From: Candidatus Methanophagaceae archaeon
GTDB taxonomy: Archaea > Halobacteriota > Syntropharchaeia > Alkanophagales > Methanospirareceae
Length of the DNA stretch: 64,000 nt
NCBI GenBank assembly: GCA_003194435.1
Contig: PQXC01000001.1
Coordinates: 70,991 to 134,990, forward strand
Reading direction: 5' to 3'
Below, one piece after another: positions 28,183 through 36,869 of this stretch (positions are counted from its first letter, which is position 1; each line of letters opens with the position of its first letter). The position numbers were made by a program, and so were the translations under genes. The notes beneath the pieces were generated by a model. It made no database searches. It was not told the DNA's origin and saw only the letters and a program-made list of their open reading frames with translations.

Positions 28183-28692
28183 TCATGACCGAAGCATAAT
28201 AGCAGGAATCCAGTCATAATAAACTTTCCCGTTCGCATCCACGAACTCAGAGCAGTTTATCCAGCCGTTTGGTGTGAGTAAGGATGTGTTATGGTGGATC
28301 TGTGGATACGAACCTGTGCGGATGGTGTAGTCGTATGTTTCGTTGGGTAAAAGAACAACGGTCTTGTCGAAGGTGATGTTATGCCAGTCGCTTGCGTAAC
28401 CTTCCCAGGTTGCGGTGGCGTTCCATGTTTTGTTCCAGATGCGAGCATATTCGGTATGCCCGCCTGTGCCTGCGCATGGATATGTGTAAAGTTTGGTTAC
28501 GATAATTGTTTGGTTTGTCGTGATTGTGCCGTTGTGCGTGCCTGCTATTGAAGGATATGGATTTGAGGTGTGCCGGTGTTGAAGACTTTTAATGCTCCTG
28601 AAGTGGTAAATATTATACTCTGAACTCTCTGCCGAATTCCCACTTTGGTCTGCGCCGTTTACAACGAAATAATAACAGTTGCCTGGTAGCAA
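28183..28692 (-). pseudogene. 5'-truncated fragment of an FN3-PKD surface-protein paralog. Retains the end of the FN3 domain plus the shared sequon-rich C-terminal domain and lacks the PKD domain.
   Basis: 'YYFVVNGADQSGNSAESSEYNIYHF' parallels 'YYFVVKSVDLSGNSAESSEYSFTT' of the 42858 gene. C-terminal 'NPYPSIAGTHNGTIT...YDWIPAIMLRS' is near-identical to the 42858 gene C-terminus. In-frame stop immediately upstream. Confidence 0.55.
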
Positions 28693-28897
28693 TCCTGCTA
28701 ATTCAATGACATGAGTCTACAAATAGTGAGTCCTTCTCTCTTTCTGTATAAATTCTCGATGCTTTGCCATATTTCACCAAACTATCCTCGGGGTGTGGTG
28801 TCGTTTATGAGTTTCTGGGAAGATTAAATTGCACTAACTATTGAGACCTGTACGCAAAGAAATAGAATGAATAATAAGAGTTCTTTGGTCTTCATTT

Positions 28898-29368
28898 TCA
28901 TGTTTCACCTCGATTGACTGATTCGTTCTTTTCTGGGACTGGGTCTATCACATCAAAATTCTCTATTTCCTCAATCTTTGATCTCAATTTTTTAAATGCC
29001 CCGTCATGCGTCATTATTTCATTCACACCGTTCATAACCATTGTAGCCAATAAAACCGCATCTCTGCCTCCTATTCCATAATTCCAATATTTGGATAGCA
29101 GTTTGAGTGCTTTCTGCATCATATCATAATCAAAATCGAGTAATTCCAGTGATCTTAGCCTTGAAATATAGTTTATGTCTTCCCAAAATTCGTTTTCTGG
29201 CTCATGGCGAACAAGATAGTGCGCTACTTCCTGAATAACAATTGTATTTGCCAATATCCCTTCTTCTCCCATGATAATTCTTCTTATTGGTTCTTTAACA
29301 TATTTGTGCTCTTCTAAGCTTTCATCAAAATAATATATCCACATGTTGCTATCTATCATTATCATCAA
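28898..29368 (-). CDS. vapC: PIN-domain ribonuclease toxin VapC.
   Basis: 'MIDSNMWIYYFDE' (first acidic residue). 'VIQEVAHYL'. 'GGRDAVLLATMV'. 'IMTHDGAFKKL'. This is the PIN acidic quartet pattern. 4-nt overlap with the upstream vapB. Confidence 0.75.
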   Translation of the reverse strand: MMIMIDSNMWIYYFDESLEEHKYVKEPIRRIIMGEEGILANTIVIQEVAHYLVRHEPENEFWEDINYISRLRSLELLDFDYDMMQKALKLLSKYWNYGIGGRDAVLLATMVMNGVNEIMTHDGAFKKLRSKIEEIENFDVIDPVPEKNESVNRGET

Positions 29369-29598
29369 CGCATCTTCCAGATACTTTTGATCTCTTCTGG
29401 AGTAATGGTTTTATTGCCACTTTTTATCTTTCCTTCCATTCTTTTGACGAACTCTTCTGGACTGATTAAAGGCAAAAGCATTATCTTTTTACCTTCTTTT
29501 TTAATTTCGAGCTCCTCTCCAGGTTTTAGGTATAACTCTTCTCTTATCTTTTCTGGAATTTGAATTCTTCCTTTTTCGTCTATGACTGCTATTGCCAT
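29365..29598 (-). CDS. vapB: AbrB/SpoVT-fold antitoxin VapB.
   Basis: 'MAIAVIDEKGRIQIPEKIREELYLKPGEELEI' swapped-hairpin motif. 77 aa. Immediately upstream of vapC. Confidence 0.7.
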   Translation of the reverse strand: MAIAVIDEKGRIQIPEKIREELYLKPGEELEIKKEGKKIMLLPLISPEEFVKRMEGKIKSGNKTITPEEIKSIWKMR

Positions 29599-29745
29599 AT
29601 TACATCCTCCTCATGATGCATTGCCCGGCGGTTCCGCTCATTTTTTATCACTCATTTACTTTATTGTAGAAGTTATATAAAAGAGCTATATAAATGCTAT
29701 AGCTTATTTGTTATTTGTTGTTCTGAACACCCCTATTTCCGAATG

Positions 29746-29943
29746 TCATGATAGTTTAATAGCGGGAATCCAGTCATAATAAACTTTCCCGTTTGCATCC
29801 ACGAACTCAGAGCAGTTTATCCAGCCATTCTTTGTTGGCAGTGCATCAGTGTGGTGAATTTGCGGATAAGAGCCCGTCACTATCGTTATATTGTATGTCT
29901 CATAAGGCATTAATATCACTGTTTTATTGAAATAAATGTTCAT
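29746..29943 (-). pseudogene. Short 3' fragment of a beta-helix surface-protein paralog (last ~65 aa of the shared C-terminal domain) with its 3' flank conserved.
   Basis: 'YNITIVTGSYPQIHHTDALPTKNGWINCSEFVDANGKVYYDWIPAIKLS' matches the C-terminus of the 39379-41742 gene, including the '...IPAIKLS' ending. The ~80 nt downstream (29681-29760) matches the sequence downstream of 41742. Confidence 0.55.
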
Positions 29944-30107
29944 CCAGTCCTCTTTGTAACCTTTCCATTCCGCATAAGCACGCCCAGTTCAGGCAGTGAG
30001 ATTTCGCTGCTCTTTTATCCGTGTATCCATCCTTATGATCCTTGAAGCACCACAATAAGGGCATCTCGTCCGTGACATTGGCAATGTTCTCCATTGTTAT
30101 ATTGTTA

Positions 30108-32870
30108 TTACCCCTCCAGCCTCACCCAGCTCACACCGTCCGCATCCTCACTCACCCTCAGCACGTACTCCATATAATCCTTCACATCCTCTATATGCGT
30201 AATAAGCAGAATCTGCCTGAACTTCTTTGACAACTCACTCAGTGCTGTTATGATATTCCTCTTTCGAAGCATGTCCTGCGAGCCGAATATCTCATCGAGG
30301 ATGATGAAATTGGTTTGAGTTGCACTCCTCTCCGATACAACTGCGGAAATAGCCAATCGAAGACAGAGATTCGCAAGGTCCTCCTCACCGCCTGAGAACC
30401 TGTTCAGCTCATACGCAGTACCATCCTCACAGATGAAGACTTCATAATTCTCATCCAGCTCGAGCCTGCTGTACTTGCCATCCGTCAGCCGCCTCAGCAT
30501 ATCTGATGCATAATCTGCGAGCAATGGACGGATCATACCTACCATATACACCTTGAAATCGTTCATTATCTTCTCAAGCAGATTTAAATACATTATATCC
30601 TCCTCTTCCTGCTCCTTTTCTTTTATTAGCCGTTCCTGCTCCTCTATATCCGCCTGCACACGCGCTCTCTCACTGCACAGGTTCTCAAATTCGTGCTTCT
30701 TGCCCATGAGCTTTAACTTCACCTCGCTCAGAGCCTCACTCTCGCGTTCATACCTCGATTTCAACTCTACATACGCCATTTTATCAAATGCCAGCCCCTC
30801 TACCTGCTTCTGTAATGCCGTTATCTCATCCACAATCCCGCGTTCCTCATCACGCAACTCCTGAATGCTGGACTTCACCACCTCTATCCTCTTTATCTCG
30901 GCTTTTAACCCTATTATCTCGTGATATACCTGCTCAAGTTCTTTTAATTCCGATATAACAGTATTATATTCATTCTCATTGAACTCAACATCAGCAACAG
31001 ACTTCAAATCGCTCTTTATCTGCTCCAACTCCTTATGCCAGCGTTGCAGCTCACGTTCTTCATGTGCCATCCTCACCTCTAACTCCCTCTTGGCTCTCAC
31101 ACGCTTCTCAAGTTCGTTTATTTTCGCTATTACACCTTTATAACGATTATCATCAAATTCAACCCCTTCCAATGGCTTCAAAGTGGCTAAAAGCTCCTTC
31201 AATTCCTCATGCCAGCTATCCAATTCCCGATTCTCCTGCTCTATCTTTGTATCCAGCTCTCTTCGCATGTTCACACGCTTCTCAAGCCCCTGCAATTGCT
31301 TTGTGAGCGACTCCTCAAGCTTACCCTTTGAAATAAGTTCCTGTTTCTTGCTCTTGTACTCATTGAATACCATAGAGAGCTTTTCCTTACTGCTTCTCAG
31401 CTCTTCATTCAGTTTCTTTATCAAGAACTCATAATGGGTTCCTAATTGCCGCTCGCATAGCGGGCACTCGCCTCCAGGACCCAGACTTTCTATCTGTTCT
31501 ATCTTCTCCCTGTTCGCCTCTATATCGCGCTTAATCTGTATTGCTCTCGTTTTATAACCGCCAATTGCGGAATGCAACCGCTCTTTATCGCGCCTCAGCT
31601 CTTCTATCTTACCCTTCACCGCCTCCAGTTGCGCATCAGCATCCTCAAACATGCGCCTATCTGCCTTTAAACGCTCGATCTTAGCTTCTCTGCTCTTTAT
31701 CTCCCGCATTGCTCGCTCTTTTCGCCTCATCAGCTCTTCTTTCTGGTGATACCGGTCACGTAGCTGCTCCAGCTCGTCCTTGAGACGCATCTGTGCATCG
31801 AATAAATCCTCTACACCCCTGAACTCCGCTATTTTAGCTTCCAGTTCCTTTATTAGTGCTTTTCGCTGTTTTATCTCTTCCACAGTCTTCTCTTGCCGCC
31901 CTGTCAGCTCTATCTTATGCTGGTAGCGATTCCGTAGCTGTTCCAGCTCGGTTTTGCGCGCTTTATACTCGAAATACCGCTTTTCCTCTGCCTGTATAGC
32001 CTGAAGCCGCTTTTGCTTCTCAATCAATGCAGCAAGCTCCTTCTCCTTCTCCTCCCGGCTCTTCCGGATGTTCTCCAGGTAGCTCCTTCGCTCGCCCAGC
32101 ATATTGGTCAGCTCCACGTATCTCTCATATTTCTCAGTTGCGAGTTCCAGCTCATGCTTCGTTGCCAGAACTACACGCTCCTTCTCCTCTTTTTCTGATT
32201 CTATCTCCTTTATAAGCGGTATAATAGACTCTTTATCCTTATCCAGCTCCGCCCTCTTTGTCTGAAGTAATTCTATCTTCTTCCTGCCTTCTTTATCCAC
32301 AATTGCTGCTTTTATACCCTCTATCTTCTTCTCCTTGCCTCTTCTATCCTCCCTTAGCGCCTGTATGCTATTCTCTATCCGTTCAATGCCAAGCATACGC
32401 AACATGAGCTTCTTTCGTTCCGCAGCCTTCATTGTTGATAGCGCATTCAACTCCTTCTGTCGCGCGAAGACGGAAGTGAAGAATGACTGGTAATCCATGC
32501 CTATTTTATGCTCCAGCACTTCCGTCACCTCCTCCGCATTGCTGGTGATGAGTTTTCCATTGATAACAAGCTTCGCTTTTGGCATCAGATTCCTGCCCGC
32601 CATCTCTCTTACCACTTTATAGTAGTCGCCACCCAGCTCAAACTCCAGCTCTACCTGGCATGGCTCATGTGGTGATGCACCTCTGCGTTTTATAAGCTCC
32701 TTAGTTGTTCGTGCAGCATGATGCCCGAATAGAACCCAGCCTATTGCCTCCACCAGTGTCGTCTTACCCACTCCATTCAGTCCAATGATTCCAATCACGC
32801 CATCAGGGAACTCTATACATGCGTTCTTATATTTGCGATAATTTCGGAGTGTAAGCGTCTTCAGCAGCAT
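30108..32870 (-). CDS. Rad50/SbcC-like SMC-family ATPase with a central zinc hook. Orphan: no Mre11/SbcD partner adjacent.
   Basis: Walker A 'GLNGVGKTTLVEAI'. Long coiled coil. 'GGECPLCERQLG' CxxC hook in the mid-coil. Signature 'FSGGE'. Walker B 'FIILDEIFGSQD'. H-loop 'LLITHIED'. 920 aa. Confidence 0.75.
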   Translation of the reverse strand: MLLKTLTLRNYRKYKNACIEFPDGVIGIIGLNGVGKTTLVEAIGWVLFGHHAARTTKELIKRRGASPHEPCQVELEFELGGDYYKVVREMAGRNLMPKAKLVINGKLITSNAEEVTEVLEHKIGMDYQSFFTSVFARQKELNALSTMKAAERKKLMLRMLGIERIENSIQALREDRRGKEKKIEGIKAAIVDKEGRKKIELLQTKRAELDKDKESIIPLIKEIESEKEEKERVVLATKHELELATEKYERYVELTNMLGERRSYLENIRKSREEKEKELAALIEKQKRLQAIQAEEKRYFEYKARKTELEQLRNRYQHKIELTGRQEKTVEEIKQRKALIKELEAKIAEFRGVEDLFDAQMRLKDELEQLRDRYHQKEELMRRKERAMREIKSREAKIERLKADRRMFEDADAQLEAVKGKIEELRRDKERLHSAIGGYKTRAIQIKRDIEANREKIEQIESLGPGGECPLCERQLGTHYEFLIKKLNEELRSSKEKLSMVFNEYKSKKQELISKGKLEESLTKQLQGLEKRVNMRRELDTKIEQENRELDSWHEELKELLATLKPLEGVEFDDNRYKGVIAKINELEKRVRAKRELEVRMAHEERELQRWHKELEQIKSDLKSVADVEFNENEYNTVISELKELEQVYHEIIGLKAEIKRIEVVKSSIQELRDEERGIVDEITALQKQVEGLAFDKMAYVELKSRYERESEALSEVKLKLMGKKHEFENLCSERARVQADIEEQERLIKEKEQEEEDIMYLNLLEKIMNDFKVYMVGMIRPLLADYASDMLRRLTDGKYSRLELDENYEVFICEDGTAYELNRFSGGEEDLANLCLRLAISAVVSERSATQTNFIILDEIFGSQDMLRKRNIITALSELSKKFRQILLITHIEDVKDYMEYVLRVSEDADGVSWVRLEG

Positions 32871-32918
32871 CTATCAACTTTTTCAACTTTTTATAATATG
32901 AATTTTAACTTAAACATT

Positions 32919-34412
32919 ATGGTTATAACTGAGTCAAGAACAGTGAAGATACTGGATACTACGTTGCGTGACGGTGAGCAGACTCCTGGTGTATCATTGA
33001 CACCGGAACAGAAACTGCAGATTGCACGGCAGCTTGACCTCCTTGGGGTTGATATCATCGAGGCGGGTACAGCAATCATCTCAGAAGGTGAGCAAAGGGC
33101 AATCAAGTCAATAGCAAGAGCAGGTTTAAGAGCAGAAATAAGCTCTTTCGCTCGTCTATTACGCGGTGACATTGATGCTGCAATTGATTGTGATGTTGAC
33201 ACCGTGAATTTAGTCGCACCGGTCTCTGACGACCACATAAAGAAGAAATTGAAGATAGACCGGGAAACGCTGCGAAGGATGACGATGGATGCAGCGGAAT
33301 ATGTGAAAGAGCATGGCTTGAAGGTGGAAATAAGTGCTGAGGATGCTTCAAGAGCCGATATGGCGTTTTTGAAATCGCTATTCACTGAACTCTCAGATGC
33401 AGGTGTGGTTGACCGCCTGTGTTTCTGTGATACTGTGGGTGTGCTGTATCCAGAGCGAACGAAGGAGATATTCAGTGCTCTCAGCGATTTAAGTACGCCC
33501 ATCTCGGCTCACTGCCATAATGACTTCGGACTGGCAACTGCTAACTCGATTGCTGCTGTGCTGGCAGGTGCTCAGGTCGTACACGTAACGGTAAATGGCA
33601 TGGGAGAGCGAGCGGGTAATGCGTCACTGGAAGAGGTGGTTACTGCGCTTGACCTGCTTTATGGTGTGAAGAGCGGGATAGTGAAGGAGAAGTTGTATGA
33701 GACTTCTCGATTGGTACGGAACGTGACAAAGATGCCGGTTGCACCAAACAAGCCGCTGATGGGTGATAATGCATTCACACATGAATCGGGGATGCATGTG
33801 CACGGAACACTGGCAGATACGAGTCTATATGAGCCTATGGACCCGGGTCTAATAGGCAGGAAGAGGCGATTTGCGTTTGGGAAGCATACAGGTAGGGCAT
33901 CAGTGAAGATGGCACTGGAAGAGATGGGTATCACTGCTGATGACTCAGGGATGGAGAAGATACTGTCAAGGGTGAAAGAACTCGGCGATAAAGGTAAATT
34001 GGTCACTGATTCGGATTTCCAGGCGATTGTGGACGATATACTGCATATAGAGCGAAAGGAGAGGATAAAACTACTTGACCTGTCTGTTGTCTCTGGCAAG
34101 AATATATATCCAACGGCATCTATAAGATTGGAGATAGACGGAGAGGACAAAGTGGAGGCGGGCGTTGGCGTGGGTCCAGTGGATGCAGCGCTAAATGCAC
34201 TGCGAAAGGCGATGTCTGGTTCGGAGATGAACGATCTGCGACTTGAGGAGTACCATGTGGATGCTATCACCGGTGGCACTGATGCACTGGTGAATGTCGT
34301 GGTGAAGATGAGCAGAGGAGACAGGACGATAACAGCGAGTGGTGTAAGCGAAGATATAGTCCTCGCATCAATGCATGCCATGATTAAAGGTATCAACCGA
34401 TTATACAGTTGA
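32919..34412 (+). CDS. (R)-citramalate synthase / 2-isopropylmalate synthase family (CimA/LeuA).
   Basis: 'ILDTTLRDGEQTPGVSL' DRE-TIM N-terminus. 'HCHNDFGLATANS'. C-terminal LeuA-dimerisation-like regulatory domain. The ORF continues upstream to 32898, but Met 'MVITESR' was taken as start to leave a promoter gap. Confidence 0.8.
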   Translation: MVITESRTVKILDTTLRDGEQTPGVSLTPEQKLQIARQLDLLGVDIIEAGTAIISEGEQRAIKSIARAGLRAEISSFARLLRGDIDAAIDCDVDTVNLVAPVSDDHIKKKLKIDRETLRRMTMDAAEYVKEHGLKVEISAEDASRADMAFLKSLFTELSDAGVVDRLCFCDTVGVLYPERTKEIFSALSDLSTPISAHCHNDFGLATANSIAAVLAGAQVVHVTVNGMGERAGNASLEEVVTALDLLYGVKSGIVKEKLYETSRLVRNVTKMPVAPNKPLMGDNAFTHESGMHVHGTLADTSLYEPMDPGLIGRKRRFAFGKHTGRASVKMALEEMGITADDSGMEKILSRVKELGDKGKLVTDSDFQAIVDDILHIERKERIKLLDLSVVSGKNIYPTASIRLEIDGEDKVEAGVGVGPVDAALNALRKAMSGSEMNDLRLEEYHVDAITGGTDALVNVVVKMSRGDRTITASGVSEDIVLASMHAMIKGINRLYS

Positions 34413-34459
34413 TCTCTCTTAACATAACATACAGGATATAGGATGTGGTGTGACTAACG

Positions 34460-36790
34460 ATGTTTGATTATATTGTGGTGGTGGTCGGTGAAGAGCATGA
34501 GGTAAAGCGATTGGAGCATTTCCCATGGCATGAAGGTGTACTCCAGAACTCTATTCTCATACCCGTCTCGGAAGGTAGCTGGAACGGTCCAGCGGGCAAT
34601 GGGCTTGGTACTTTATTCGCGATAAAAAACGCATCTAACGCAGCGGGAAAAGAACTTGTTGAGGAAGTGAAACAGGGTAAGAGTGTCCTTATCGTGCATA
34701 CAGCGGGTAAAGGCACAAGGAACGTACTGACGAGGACCTGTAAGGAGAAAGCATTCATAGATGTTCCTGGTTTGACCATACTTGAGGGTGTGATAAAGCA
34801 ATTTCAGCGGTTCTCTATCCCACACAGGATAATGGTTACATGGGGTGACCAGTTCCTCTTCATCGCTGATACTCCTGAATCCTTAATTGAATGCGCACAT
34901 TCTACGCATGTCATGCTCTTTGGCTTGAAATCAGAGTTTACAGAGGAGATTGTCTCCAAATATGGTATTCAGATAGTTAGATGTGAAGATAAAGGTAAAG
35001 GCTGTGAACTGCTTGATTTTGACGATACACGGAACTATGAAGTGGTGAAGAGTAAGATGGAGAGGTACAGAGGCAGTGAGGTGCTGTTGAATCTGGGGTT
35101 ATTCACGCTGAGCGGAGTTTTGACCGAACGGCTGCTGGATGCTTTCAGCGATAGGCTTGAAGAGAGGGCCGGGGAGTTCAATTCTGATGAGTTATGGCAG
35201 TTATGGTGCTCTCCAGACTCTGTTACTACTAACAAATGGCTACGGGAGCGTGCAGAACGGTTAAAGCGGGAGATGACGATGACATCCGACCTGAACTTGA
35301 TAAAGAGCTTTGCAATAAGTGAACAAAGCATCTGGCTCGATTTCGGGACGAATAAGAGCTATTACAGGAATATGATGCGACTTTTGTCAGGAGGGGCTGA
35401 GGCTGTGCAATTAAGGAGATTCCTGAATGTCGAGCTCCGCTCCGACACTGACGGCTGCGAGATTCTGGATTCAATCTATGTGAATTCCGGAATAGAGAGA
35501 GGGCGGATAAAGAGGAGTGTGGTATCGAATACAACTGCGAAAGCCGCATTACTCGAAGATGCTTGCGTGCTCAATTCCCGATTGAACAGAATAAACGGTA
35601 AAAACTGTGTTGTTTATAACCTCGTTGATAGCGATTCGGTGGAGCTTACTGACTGTGTGCTGGTGGATGTCTTTCATCCAGCCAGGGGAAGGATAAGACT
35701 CAGGTTCCCAATAGGTAAGGAGAGCAGACCTAAGGAGGAGTGGTGGTCCTCACGCCTGCCCGGTAACGAATATACATTGAGCGAAGTTGCAGCTATGACC
35801 AGGGGTATTACTGATGAAGAGATGCAGTCCACCAGGCTAAGACATGCACGGCTGGCAGATGCGAGGGTGAAAGAGAGGGAAAGGGTGAGGGATATGATTG
35901 AGCACCCGATGAAGCTCAAGCCCCTCATCATAAACAAGCCCTGGGGCTATGAGTTATGGTGTGCCTCACCACGGAACTATATCGAAGGTGAGGAATTTAC
36001 GCTCTGTGAGCTCAATACTTTCTTCTCAGAAGCGATATTCGGCATGAAGATGGAGGAATTCCCGCTGATAGTGAAGATAATAAAAGCAGATGAGAACCTT
36101 TCGGTACAGGTACATCCTGATGACGGGTATGCACGCAAGATGGGTGATGTAATGGGCAAGGAAGAGGCGTGGTATGTTCTCGAAGCGAAAGAGGATGCGA
36201 GGATTTATTTAGGATTCCGGGATTCCCTACGCAGTGGTGAATTCCTGGAACTGGTAAAAAGAGGCAAGATATTGAACTACATGAATTCGTTTTATGCTCA
36301 ACCCGGCGATATCTACCACATCCCTGCCGGTGTCATACATGCCCTGGGCGCGGGTACAAAGGTATATGAAGTGAGTACCGCGTCAGAAAGGACATTCAGA
36401 GTCTATGATTATGGCAGGGGCAGGGAGCTACATCTGAATGATGCTATGAATGTCATTAGACTTGAGGTGCTACGGGGATTGAAGCATGGAGGAGGGCATC
36501 TGCAGGGTAAACATCTGGATTTGAGGCTTATCTCTGTTCATAATAGTAATGGTAATGGTATGAATCCGGGCACAGACATGGGTATGGACATAAAGAATGC
36601 GGGTGTCCTCACCTGTGTAAGGGGGCAGGTAACTCTGGTCGGTGATGCAAAGGTAAAACTGCCATTAAAGACCTTCGAGACCGCACTCGTGCCTGTACCT
36701 GTAACTGCGAGTGGTGGTAGTGCCAGTGGCAGTGGCATCAGACTGGAAGGCGAAGGTGACCTTATATACGCCAGTTTTATTAGCTCTTAG
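34460..36790 (+). CDS. Two-domain protein: N-terminal sugar-nucleotide pyrophosphorylase-like domain (~480 aa) fused to a C-terminal class I phosphomannose isomerase cupin (ManA type).
   Basis: N-terminal 'GNGLGTLF' and 'HTAGKGTRN' resemble nucleotidyltransferase G-x-G-T-R loops. C-terminal 'LKPLIINKPWGYELW...FPLIVKIIKADENLSVQVHPDDGYA...GKEEAWYVLEA' matches the B. subtilis-type ManA signature (QVHPDD...GKTE.WYI). Confidence 0.6.
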   Translation: MFDYIVVVVGEEHEVKRLEHFPWHEGVLQNSILIPVSEGSWNGPAGNGLGTLFAIKNASNAAGKELVEEVKQGKSVLIVHTAGKGTRNVLTRTCKEKAFIDVPGLTILEGVIKQFQRFSIPHRIMVTWGDQFLFIADTPESLIECAHSTHVMLFGLKSEFTEEIVSKYGIQIVRCEDKGKGCELLDFDDTRNYEVVKSKMERYRGSEVLLNLGLFTLSGVLTERLLDAFSDRLEERAGEFNSDELWQLWCSPDSVTTNKWLRERAERLKREMTMTSDLNLIKSFAISEQSIWLDFGTNKSYYRNMMRLLSGGAEAVQLRRFLNVELRSDTDGCEILDSIYVNSGIERGRIKRSVVSNTTAKAALLEDACVLNSRLNRINGKNCVVYNLVDSDSVELTDCVLVDVFHPARGRIRLRFPIGKESRPKEEWWSSRLPGNEYTLSEVAAMTRGITDEEMQSTRLRHARLADARVKERERVRDMIEHPMKLKPLIINKPWGYELWCASPRNYIEGEEFTLCELNTFFSEAIFGMKMEEFPLIVKIIKADENLSVQVHPDDGYARKMGDVMGKEEAWYVLEAKEDARIYLGFRDSLRSGEFLELVKRGKILNYMNSFYAQPGDIYHIPAGVIHALGAGTKVYEVSTASERTFRVYDYGRGRELHLNDAMNVIRLEVLRGLKHGGGHLQGKHLDLRLISVHNSNGNGMNPGTDMGMDIKNAGVLTCVRGQVTLVGDAKVKLPLKTFETALVPVPVTASGGSASGSGIRLEGEGDLIYASFISS

Positions 36791-36869
36791 GATTTTATAT
36801 GTAATGTTTGTTGGTGTTGGCATTGCTGTTGCTGTGGTGTAGTGTGGTGGAGTGTGAATGTGAAGTTGA

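Noticed and set aside
27939-28238. 99-aa Cys-containing ORF ('...NCGYCYCDTAVKEAI...') overlapping the end of the 28183-28692 fragment
   Set aside because: No recognisable family and no RBS context. Overlaps the pseudogene remnant. Cannot be supported from sequence alone.
30553-32215. Plus-strand ORFs within the SbcC-like gene
   Set aside because: Antisense to a long coiled-coil coding region. Ser/Leu-rich. Spurious.
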